Shown here: piece by piece, positions 26,604-33,929 of the stretch
Numbering within the stretch: position 1 is the first letter of the stretch
How the letters are laid out: every line of letters begins with the position of its first letter
Source of the DNA: Candidatus Campbellbacteria bacterium
Lineage (GTDB): Bacteria; Patescibacteriota; Minisyncoccia; Phycocordibacterales; CSBR16-193
Reading direction: 5' to 3'
Length of the DNA stretch: 42,508 nucleotides
Assembly: GCA_007129455.1 (NCBI GenBank)
Contig: SKVL01000003.1
Span: 1-42,508, forward strand
The notes under the pieces: model-generated
Database searches by the model: none
What the model saw: only the letters and a program-made list of their open reading frames with translations
What the model was told of the DNA's origin: nothing
Position numbers and translations under genes: made by a program

Positions 26604-28580
26604 ATGTCTCGACCTTTGGTACTTGGTAATGGAATGATATTAGTTTGCTTGGATAGACGTGGTCAGGTAAGGGACTTTTACTTCCCTTATGTCGGATCTG
26701 AAAATCACGTTGGAAGAAGAGATGTTCATAAGATCGGTGTTTGGGTGGATGGGAGGATGAGTTGGTTTTCCGATGACGAATGGAATATAAGTGTCTGTTA
26801 TAAAGAAGACACGATGACCTCAAGTGTGATTGCGGATAACCCCAAGATGCGCCTCGCTATTCATTTCAACGATGTTGTTTATAATGAAAAGAACATATTT
26901 TTGCGCTCCATAAGAGTTGAGAACAAAATGGACGAGGATCGTGAGATAAAACTTTTTTTTAACCAACAGTTTGAGATTTCACAGACGTATTATGCCGACA
27001 CCGCTTATTACAATCCGGCACTGCACGCACTTATTCATTACAAAGGGAGGAGGGTTTTTTTGGTGAGTGCCAAAGATGATGGAAAAGATTTTTTTTCAGA
27101 GTACTCCACCGGTCTTTTTAATATTGAAGGCAAGGAAGGAACTTGGAGAGACGCCGAAGACGGTAAGCTTTCAAAAAACCCGATAGAGCACGGTGCGGTG
27201 GATTCCACTTTGGGATTGGTCCTCAAGGTTGAGGCAAACGGGGAACGCAAGGCTCACTATTGGATATGCGTGGGAGAAACTCTTGGCGAAGCGGAGAGAC
27301 TTCAGGGACATCTTCTTTATAAAACCGAAGAACACGTTATCGAGACCACCAGTAACTTTTGGCATGCTTGGGTTAATAATTTCGACATTGATTTTACGGA
27401 TCTTTCGGATGAGGCGAAGGATCTTTTCAAAAGATCTCTTTTGGTAGTCAGGACTCATTGTGACAACAGGGGAGGTATTATAGCTTCCGGTGATTCCGCT
27501 CAGTTTCAATATGGACGCGATACTTACAGTTATGTTTGGCCCCGTGACGGAGTTTTCATCTCTCTCAGTATGGACAAGGTCGGTTACTCGGAAATACCGG
27601 AGCGTTTTTACAGATTTTGCAATGAAGTGATAACGGAGGGCGGTTACATACTTCACAAATACTTACCCGACATGTCTTTGGGTAGCTCGTGGCACCCTTG
27701 GACTCAGGAGGAGACACCGCAATTAGCCATTCAGGAAGACGAGACGGCCCTGCTAATTTTCGGTATGTGGGAGCACTATAAGCTTAATAAAAATTTGGAA
27801 TTTGTTGAGGAGGTTTATAACTCCCTGATAAAAAACGCAGCGGATTTCATGAAAAGTTATCGGGATGAAAAAACCGGTTTACCTCGCCCCAGCTATGACC
27901 TCTGGGAAGAGAATTTTGCGGTTTCAACCTTTACCTGCGCGACCGTTTACGGTGCACTTTCGGCCGCTTCCAAGTTTGCCGACCTTTTGGGGAAAAACGA
28001 TGACAGAGAAAGATACGCTCGGACGGCCGAAGAGATTCGTGATACCGTGATGAAGCACCTGTATGATGAGGAGCGGGGTGCCTTTTTGAAATCAGTCAGA
28101 CTTGAAAGAGGTGAGGTCATTCCTAATAAGGTGGTGGACACCAGTTCTTTTTACGGATGTTTCCGTTTTGGGATACTGTCGGTTGACGATGAAAGACTCG
28201 AGCGGGCTTTTAAGATAACAAAGAAGGCCTTGTCCGATCCTATCCCCGTAGGAGGAACCGCTCGCTATGAAAATGATAAATATCATGCGCCGGTCGGTGG
28301 TTATATCAATGTCCCGGGTAATCCATGGTTTGTTACGACACTTTGGCTTATACAGTACAAGATAGCGAAAGCGAAATCTGAAGAAGACCTTAAATTCGTG
28401 AATGATGAGCTGATGTGGTCCGTTAATAATGCTCTTCCTTCCGGTGCTCTTTCCGAGCAAATTAACCCTTACACCGGAGAACAGATGTCTGTTGCTCCCT
28501 TGATATGGAGTCACGCCGAATTCATTATTACCGTGATGGAATACCTGCATAAACTTCAAGAGATAAGGTCCGAACAGTAG
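26604..28580 (+). CDS. glycoside hydrolase family 15 (glucoamylase / glucan 1,4-alpha-glucosidase-like)
   Basis: N-terminal beta-sandwich LGNGMILVCLD, then the (alpha/alpha)6 region with YSYVWPRDG, DLWEE and WSHAEFI. Confidence 0.88.
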   Translation: MSRPLVLGNGMILVCLDRRGQVRDFYFPYVGSENHVGRRDVHKIGVWVDGRMSWFSDDEWNISVCYKEDTMTSSVIADNPKMRLAIHFNDVVYNEKNIFLRSIRVENKMDEDREIKLFFNQQFEISQTYYADTAYYNPALHALIHYKGRRVFLVSAKDDGKDFFSEYSTGLFNIEGKEGTWRDAEDGKLSKNPIEHGAVDSTLGLVLKVEANGERKAHYWICVGETLGEAERLQGHLLYKTEEHVIETTSNFWHAWVNNFDIDFTDLSDEAKDLFKRSLLVVRTHCDNRGGIIASGDSAQFQYGRDTYSYVWPRDGVFISLSMDKVGYSEIPERFYRFCNEVITEGGYILHKYLPDMSLGSSWHPWTQEETPQLAIQEDETALLIFGMWEHYKLNKNLEFVEEVYNSLIKNAADFMKSYRDEKTGLPRPSYDLWEENFAVSTFTCATVYGALSAASKFADLLGKNDDRERYARTAEEIRDTVMKHLYDEERGAFLKSVRLERGEVIPNKVVDTSSFYGCFRFGILSVDDERLERAFKITKKALSDPIPVGGTARYENDKYHAPVGGYINVPGNPWFVTTLWLIQYKIAKAKSEEDLKFVNDELMWSVNNALPSGALSEQINPYTGEQMSVAPLIWSHAEFIITVMEYLHKLQEIRSEQ

Positions 28581-28658
28581 TTTTTGAATTTTTTAAGATT
28601 TCTTAGTTTATTTCTCAATTAAGTAAGGATTCATTGTTTATGCCACTTCGCTTGTTTG

Positions 28659-28667
28659 TGTTAGAAT
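28659..28667 (+). promoter_or_regulatory. extended -10 promoter (TGtTAGAAT), 7 nt before ATG 28675 (leaderless configuration)
   Basis: TAGAAT at 28662-28667 and ATG at 28675. No Shine-Dalgarno sequence. Confidence 0.45.
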
Positions 28668-28674
28668 CTTTATT

Positions 28675-29043
28675 ATGTCGACATTGATAGCAAAGTGGCT
28701 TGTGGGCGCCCTGTCCATAATTATAGTCGCAGACGTTTTGGAGGCGGTTACGGTTTCAAGTGTTTACATTGCTTTGGTGGTGGCCCTTCTTTGGGGCCTG
28801 ATGAACATCTCAATAAAGCCTTTTTTAATCATCATAACGCTTCCTCTGAATGTCCTTACTTTCGGACTCTTTACCTTTATCATAAACGGCGCACTACTTT
28901 TGTTCCTGGCTTCTTTCATAGACGGTTTGACCGTTGAGGGTTTCTGGTGGGCGGTCGGAGCCGCTGCCTTGGTGACCGTATTGAGCTGGCTTGGAAACCG
29001 TCTCATATCTTCGGTTTCCAGTTCTTCCCCGAGCCGTGTATGA
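28675..29043 (+). CDS. DUF360 / phage-holin-family-4-like small membrane protein (YvlD-like)
   Basis: 122 aa with 3-4 TM helices. NISIKPFLIIITLPLNVLTFGLFTFIINGALL matches the pattern of the DUF360 family. Confidence 0.68.
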   Translation: MSTLIAKWLVGALSIIIVADVLEAVTVSSVYIALVVALLWGLMNISIKPFLIIITLPLNVLTFGLFTFIINGALLLFLASFIDGLTVEGFWWAVGAAALVTVLSWLGNRLISSVSSSSPSRV

Positions 29044-29089
29044 AGTTTGGAATGTAAAAAATTATTAATTAATATTTCATATTTAAAAA

Positions 29090-29995
29090 ATGAGTATAAA
29101 AATCGTTACACATAATGGTCCTTATCACAGCGATGATATTTTTGCCGTTGCCACAGTCAGTCTTTTTTTGGAAGAAGGTACGCAGGTGGAGATAATTCGT
29201 ACTCGCGATAATAAGGTAATCGCCGAGGCGGATTTTGCCGTTGATGTGGGAGGGGCATACAATCCGGATTTAAAAATATTCGACCACCATCAAGAAGGTG
29301 GAGCGGGGGATCGTACTAACGGAGTTCCGTATGCGTCTTTCGGTCTCGTCTGGAAAGCATACGGAGAAAAGATCTCCGGTAGTAAAGAAATTGCGGAGAT
29401 TTTGGACGAGAGACTAATACAGCCGATCGATGCCGAAGATAACGGGGTTAAAATATCCAGTAGCCTTTTCAAAGGCATTACTCCCTACACCGCACAAGAT
29501 CTTTTTTCCACTTTTTCTCCGACTTGGAAGGAAAAAGACATCGACACCGATGCTGTTTTCGAAAGTTGTGTTAATATTGCCAAGCGGGTCCTGGAGAGAG
29601 AGATAAAAACAGCTCAAGATATGAAGGAGGCGGAGAGGATAATTGAAAAGCATTATGAAGATGCAATTGACAGACGAGTCGTTATCCTCGATAAATATTA
29701 TCCTTGGAAGATTGTCATACCCAAATACCCGGAGCCGTTGTTTGTTGTTTACCCTTCTTTGAGTGGAGATGCGTGGCATGCTCAGGGGGTACCGAAGCAT
29801 AAAGATTCTTTCAGGCCCAGACTACCTTTTCCCGAAAGATGGGCGGGGAAAATGGATTCGGAGTTGGCTAAAGTTACCGGCGTTGAAGATGCGACTTTTT
29901 CTCATAACAAGAGATTTTTGTCGGGAGCCAAATCCAGAGAAGGTGCCGAAAAATTGGCCCGGAAAGCCATCGATAGTTTATCTAAGGATTTTTAA
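29090..29995 (+). CDS. MYG1 / UPF0160 family metal-dependent hydrolase
   Basis: N-terminal IVTHNGPYHSDDIFAV and FDHHQ motifs typical of MYG1-family proteins. Confidence 0.85.
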   Translation: MSIKIVTHNGPYHSDDIFAVATVSLFLEEGTQVEIIRTRDNKVIAEADFAVDVGGAYNPDLKIFDHHQEGGAGDRTNGVPYASFGLVWKAYGEKISGSKEIAEILDERLIQPIDAEDNGVKISSSLFKGITPYTAQDLFSTFSPTWKEKDIDTDAVFESCVNIAKRVLEREIKTAQDMKEAERIIEKHYEDAIDRRVVILDKYYPWKIVIPKYPEPLFVVYPSLSGDAWHAQGVPKHKDSFRPRLPFPERWAGKMDSELAKVTGVEDATFSHNKRFLSGAKSREGAEKLARKAIDSLSKDF

Positions 29996-30001
29996 ATACA
30001 G

Positions 30002-30991
30002 ATGGCTTTTACCGATGAAATAAATATTCACTTAAGTGCCGGAAAGGGGGGGGACGGAGTCGTTCGCTGGAGACGGGAGAAATACAAAGATAAAGCCGGA
30101 CCGAGCGGGGGAAACGGTGGTCGCGGAGGAAATGTTCGCATCCAAGCTGTTCGCGATGTTTCCAAACTTGCCCACTATGCTCAGTTTCCGCAGCTTTTGG
30201 CCGAAGACGGACAAGACGGAATGAAAGACAGTAGGGCCGGTGCGAAAGGAGAAGACCTGCTCCTTTATTTTCCGGTCGGCTCGATAATCGTTAATAAAGA
30301 CAATGGTGACAGGTGGGAGCTTTTGAGTGAAGGAGATGAGGTGACTGTTTTGAAAGGGGGAAAAGGCGGTCTGGGTAACGAACACTTTAAGAGTTCCAGA
30401 AATGTTGCCCCGAAAGAGCAAACCGACGGGAAGCCGGGGGAAAATGCGGACTTTCATATTGAGCTTCGTCTGATAGCGGACATAGGTCTTGTCGGGTTTC
30501 CAAATGCGGGTAAATCAACTTTATTAAACTCCTTAACGGGAGCTAAAAGCAAAGTTGGGAACTATCGCTTTACAACTCTTGAACCCCACCTCGGTTCTCT
30601 CTACGGAGTCATAATTGCCGATATACCCGGCCTTATCGAAGGTGCTTCCGAGGGTCGCGGTTTGGGACACTCTTTTTTGAGACATATCTCTCGCACGGGA
30701 CTGCTGGCCTTTTGTTTGTCGGCCGATAGTAAGGACATCATTGGTGAGTTTGAAGCCGTTAAGGAAGAGTTGGGTTTGTACGACTCGGAGATACTTAAAA
30801 AACCCAAGATTATTTTAATTACCAAATCGGATACGGTTGACAAAAAAAGTCTCGAAAAGTTAAAAAACGTTGTTGCCAAAGGAACAGATCTGCCGGTTCA
30901 TTCGGTCTCCATTTTGGATGACGACAGCCTTAAAAACCTTTCCAAACTATTGGTTAAAACGGCCAAGGATAAGGTGAGGGATCCACTTTGA
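30002..30991 (+). CDS. obg: GTPase Obg/CgtA
   Basis: Glycine-rich Obg fold (SAGKGGDGVV..GGNGGRGGNV) followed by the G domain (GFPNAGKST, DIPGLIEGA, TKSD). Confidence 0.95.
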   Translation: MAFTDEINIHLSAGKGGDGVVRWRREKYKDKAGPSGGNGGRGGNVRIQAVRDVSKLAHYAQFPQLLAEDGQDGMKDSRAGAKGEDLLLYFPVGSIIVNKDNGDRWELLSEGDEVTVLKGGKGGLGNEHFKSSRNVAPKEQTDGKPGENADFHIELRLIADIGLVGFPNAGKSTLLNSLTGAKSKVGNYRFTTLEPHLGSLYGVIIADIPGLIEGASEGRGLGHSFLRHISRTGLLAFCLSADSKDIIGEFEAVKEELGLYDSEILKKPKIILITKSDTVDKKSLEKLKNVVAKGTDLPVHSVSILDDDSLKNLSKLLVKTAKDKVRDPL

Positions 30992-31033
30992 TAAATTTAC
31001 CGAAGTTGATATAGTTATCTATGTTTTATTTAG

Positions 31034-32494
31034 ATGGAGTTTCAGGTTTATCGGAAACTCTTTTATGAAGAGCGTATGAAAAAATACATTCCGACAATTG
31101 GTCTTGAAATACACGCACAACTTTCGACAAAAAGTAAAATGTTTTGCGGTTGCGTCAACGATCCGGACGAGAAAAGGCCGAACGTGAACATCTGTCCGAT
31201 ATGTACGGGTCAGCCCGGAACCTTACCGGTCGCCAATAAAGAGGCCATGCTCAAGATACTGCAGGTGGGGGTGGCGCTGGGTGGAAAATTGGCCGATTTC
31301 ACCGAGTTTGATAGAAAACATTATTTCTATCCCGATATCCCCAAGGGTTACCAGATAAGCCAGTACAAGCACCCTTTGATAGAGGGCGGTGTTTTGGTGG
31401 GAATCGATCTTACCAGAATACACCTCGAAGAAGATACGGCGCGCTCAACTCATGATAGAAGAGGAGATACGCTTGTTGATTTCAATCGATCCGGCCTGCC
31501 TCTTATGGAGCTCGTCACTGAACCTCAAATAAAAAGCGGGGAGAAGGCCGCGCAGGTGGCACGTGAGTTACAACTCCTCCTCCGTTATTTGGGCGCGGGT
31601 TGGGCCAATATGGAGAAAGGCGAGATGCGTGTCGAAGCCAATCTGTCTGTAAGTGATTCCGAAAAACTGGGAACCAAAGTCGAAGTCAAGAACCTCAATT
31701 CCTTCAAGTCGGTGGAAAAAGCGATAGCCTATGAGATAGAAAGGCACACCGAGATGCTCGAGAGAGGAGAGAGAATCGTTCAAGAGACACGAGGGTGGGA
31801 CGAAGAAAGACTCGTTACCGTGTCTCAGCGACAAAAAGAAGAGTCACATGATTATCGTTATTTTCCCGAACCCGATATTCCACCCTTCAAGTTGTCTGAG
31901 TACGAAGAGTTTTCTTTGAGAGCGATTCGCTCCACTCTTCCGGAACTCCCGTGGGAGAGGCGTGAAAGATATATTAAAAACTTCAACTTAAGCGGTGAGC
32001 AAGCGGAGGTTTTTGTTAACTCTCTTCATCTCTCGGTATTCTTTGAAGAGGTTGTCGGTACAATTTCTTCGGATATAAAAGATTCATCCAAGAGGGCCGC
32101 CAATTATATAGTAAGTGACCTATTGGGGCTTATGAAAGAAGACGGAGTTGATACTATCCCTTTTTCCGCCTCTCGGTTTGCGGAGTTGATTACCATGATA
32201 GCGGAGGGAGAGCTTTCTTCTCGTGGAGGTAAAGATATCCTTCTTTATATGTACAAAGGAGAAGAGGGAAGTGTTATTGATATAGCTAAAAAATATAACT
32301 TGATTCAATCAAGTGATGACGGAGAGATTCGTGCTCTGGTGGAGGAAGTGATAAAAGAGAATCCCCAAGTGGTAAGCGATTACAAGGGAGGCAAAGAAAG
32401 CTCCCTGCAGTTTCTCGTCGGCCAAGGCATGAAGAAAAGTAAGGGATCGGCTAACCCTCAACTTTTAAAGGAAATTCTTAAAGAATTAATTTGA
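31034..32494 (+). CDS. gatB: Asp-tRNA(Asn)/Glu-tRNA(Gln) amidotransferase subunit B
   Basis: IGLEIHAQL, CPICTGQPGTLP, HLEEDTA, and a C-terminal YqeY-like domain. The alternative start ATG 31076 (MKKYIPTIGLEIH) gives a more canonical N-terminus, so the start is uncertain by 14 codons. Confidence 0.92.
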   Translation: MEFQVYRKLFYEERMKKYIPTIGLEIHAQLSTKSKMFCGCVNDPDEKRPNVNICPICTGQPGTLPVANKEAMLKILQVGVALGGKLADFTEFDRKHYFYPDIPKGYQISQYKHPLIEGGVLVGIDLTRIHLEEDTARSTHDRRGDTLVDFNRSGLPLMELVTEPQIKSGEKAAQVARELQLLLRYLGAGWANMEKGEMRVEANLSVSDSEKLGTKVEVKNLNSFKSVEKAIAYEIERHTEMLERGERIVQETRGWDEERLVTVSQRQKEESHDYRYFPEPDIPPFKLSEYEEFSLRAIRSTLPELPWERRERYIKNFNLSGEQAEVFVNSLHLSVFFEEVVGTISSDIKDSSKRAANYIVSDLLGLMKEDGVDTIPFSASRFAELITMIAEGELSSRGGKDILLYMYKGEEGSVIDIAKKYNLIQSSDDGEIRALVEEVIKENPQVVSDYKGGKESSLQFLVGQGMKKSKGSANPQLLKEILKELI

Positions 32495-32507
32495 TTCCGA
32501 TTTCAAA

Positions 32508-32550
32508 AAAGAACACTTCCCGCGGTATGGCGGGAAGTGTTCGTATTTTC
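32508..32550. terminator. bidirectional terminator between gatB (+) and rnpB (-)
   Basis: A 13-bp stem (gaacacttcccgc 32511-32523 / gcgggaagtgttc 32530-32542) with a 6-nt loop. An A6 run lies upstream and gtatttt downstream. Confidence 0.75.
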
Positions 32551-32581
32551 AGGGGTCCGTATCTGTAAGCCGAATTCTGTA

Positions 32582-32643
32582 CCCCGCTCTTTTAAATTTC
32601 ATTTATGTTGTTTGTTGCAAAAATGAAACCTAAAAGAGCGGGG
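32582..32643 (-). repeat. paralogous long hairpin copy 3 inside rnpB (P18 position)
   Basis: RNA sense: CCCCGCUCUUUUAGGUUUCAUUUUUGC...AUGAAAUUUAAAAGAGCGGGG. Confidence 0.8.
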
Positions 32644-32830
32644 TGGCAGTCATTTATCTGGGATGAATGTTGCCATCCACCTCTAGCGGCACTCCCCGCC
32701 CCATGCTTGGGGTGGGGCACGGCCTTGCACCCCGGTAAGGATTTAGCCGTTTCACTTCTCCGTTCCCGGAGAATTATTCCCCAAAGGGAACCCTTTGCCT
32801 TTCGGCTCTGGCGTCACTGTTCGCACCTCT

Positions 32831-32904
32831 CCCCGCTCTTTTAACCTCCGTTTGATTTTTTTCGAATCTGTTTTAATCGTCAACGGAAACTAAAAGAGCG
32901 GGGG
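32831..32904 (-). repeat. paralogous long hairpin copy 2 inside rnpB (P9 position)
   Basis: RNA sense: CCCCGCUCUUUUAGUUUCCGUUGACG...CAAACGGAGGUUAAAAGAGCGGGG. Confidence 0.8.
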
Positions 32905-32967
32905 ACGGGTGTTACCCGCTACCATTTTAGACGCTCAAAAAGAGCGAATTGGTGTTCGGACTTTCCT

Positions 32968-33033
32968 CCCCGCTCATTTAAATTTCGTTAATGTTATTTA
33001 TTATCAATAAAAACGAAACCTAAATGAGCGAGG
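32968..33033 (-). repeat. paralogous long hairpin copy 1 inside rnpB (P3 position)
   Basis: RNA sense: CCUCGCUCAUUUAGGUUUCGUUUUUAUUG...AACGAAAUUUAAAUGAGCGGGG. Confidence 0.8.
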
Positions 33034-33141
33034 CGACTGCCCGATACGGACCGAATATATTGTACAACAGTATTTATAAAATCTCAAATCATTTAAACCA
33101 AAGACTTAAAACATTGATTTTCTTCAATTTCCCGAAGATTC

Positions 33142-33150
33142 TGCTATAAT
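33142..33150 (+). promoter_or_regulatory. extended -10 promoter (TGcTATAAT), 8 nt before the pheS ATG (leaderless configuration)
   Basis: TATAAT at 33145-33150 and ATG at 33159. No Shine-Dalgarno sequence. Confidence 0.5.
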
Positions 33151-33158
33151 GTCCGAGT

Positions 33159-33902
33159 ATGGAACTCGAAGAGAAAGATGGCTCATTCAACCCCATAACG
33201 ACCTTTATATATAAAACTCACGCTATTTTCAGGGAGATGGGGTTTTTGGTTGCCGAAGGACCTCAGATGGAAACCGAGTGGAACAACTTTGATGCACTGA
33301 ATGTTCCTTCTGACCACCCTTCCCGTGACCAACAAGACACTTTCTGGATCAAAGATCCTTTCGATGATAGGGTTGTTTTGCGATCCCATACTTCTTCTGT
33401 TCAGGGACGTTTTATGAGTAATAACAAACCGCCCTTCAGGGTGATTGTTCCGGGTCGAGTCTACCGACAGGAAGCCACCGATGCCACGCATGAGACTCAG
33501 TTTCATCAGATGGAAGGTCTGGTAGTGGAAGAGGGAATAACCCTTGCTAGTTTAAAAGGGATTCTGGAGGATTTTCTTGAAAAAGCCTTTGAGGATAAAA
33601 ATTTACTTATAAGATTCAGACCGGGCTACTTTCCTTTTGTCGAGCCGGGAGTTGAAATAGATATCTCCTGCACTTTCTGTAAAGCGAAAGGTTGTCGTAT
33701 CTGTAAAGAAACCGGGTGGATAGAAATACTGGGAGCGGGGATGGTTCATCCCAATGTTTTCTCCGCGGTGGGCATTGATTCTTCGAAGTGGAAGGGGATA
33801 GCTTTCGGTTTGAGCCCGGAACGTATTCTTATGTTGAGATACGGAATAGAAGACATTCGTTTGTTTCATTCGGCCGATCTGCGTTTTATAAAACAGTTTT
33901 AA
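33159..33902 (+). CDS. pheS: phenylalanine--tRNA ligase alpha subunit (catalytic core only, N-terminally short)
   Basis: NFDALNVPSDHPSRDQQDTFW (motif 1 region), FRPGYFPFVEPG, and GAGMVHPNV (motif 3). 247 aa. Confidence 0.93.
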   Translation: MELEEKDGSFNPITTFIYKTHAIFREMGFLVAEGPQMETEWNNFDALNVPSDHPSRDQQDTFWIKDPFDDRVVLRSHTSSVQGRFMSNNKPPFRVIVPGRVYRQEATDATHETQFHQMEGLVVEEGITLASLKGILEDFLEKAFEDKNLLIRFRPGYFPFVEPGVEIDISCTFCKAKGCRICKETGWIEILGAGMVHPNVFSAVGIDSSKWKGIAFGLSPERILMLRYGIEDIRLFHSADLRFIKQF

Positions 33903-33929
33903 TTTGTTTTAAATTTTTAAATAAAAATT

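Larger units (their letters stand above)
32551..33054 (-). ncRNA. rnpB: RNase P RNA (bacterial type), unusually long
   Basis: On the minus strand: GAGGAAAGUCCGAACACC (complement of 32951-32968) and ACAGAAUUCGGCUUA (complement of 32566-32580). P1 pairing is GGUCCGUAUC/GAUACGGACC (33052-33043 with 32563-32554). P2 is GGCAGUC/GACUGCC. There is a P8-like GCGGGUAACACCCGU. End positions are +/- 5 nt. Confidence 0.85.

Noticed and set aside
30989-30991. Alternative genetic code (UGA recoding, as in some candidate-phyla lineages)
   Set aside because: TGA terminates obg here at the expected protein length. All conserved genes are full-length under the standard bacterial code, so there is no sign of in-frame TGA read-through.
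32605-32844. 79-aa plus-strand ORF in the gatB-pheS spacer
   Set aside because: It lies entirely inside the RNase P RNA gene on the opposite strand. It has no ribosome-binding site, and its composition (W/C/P/R-rich) is that of structured-RNA antisense.
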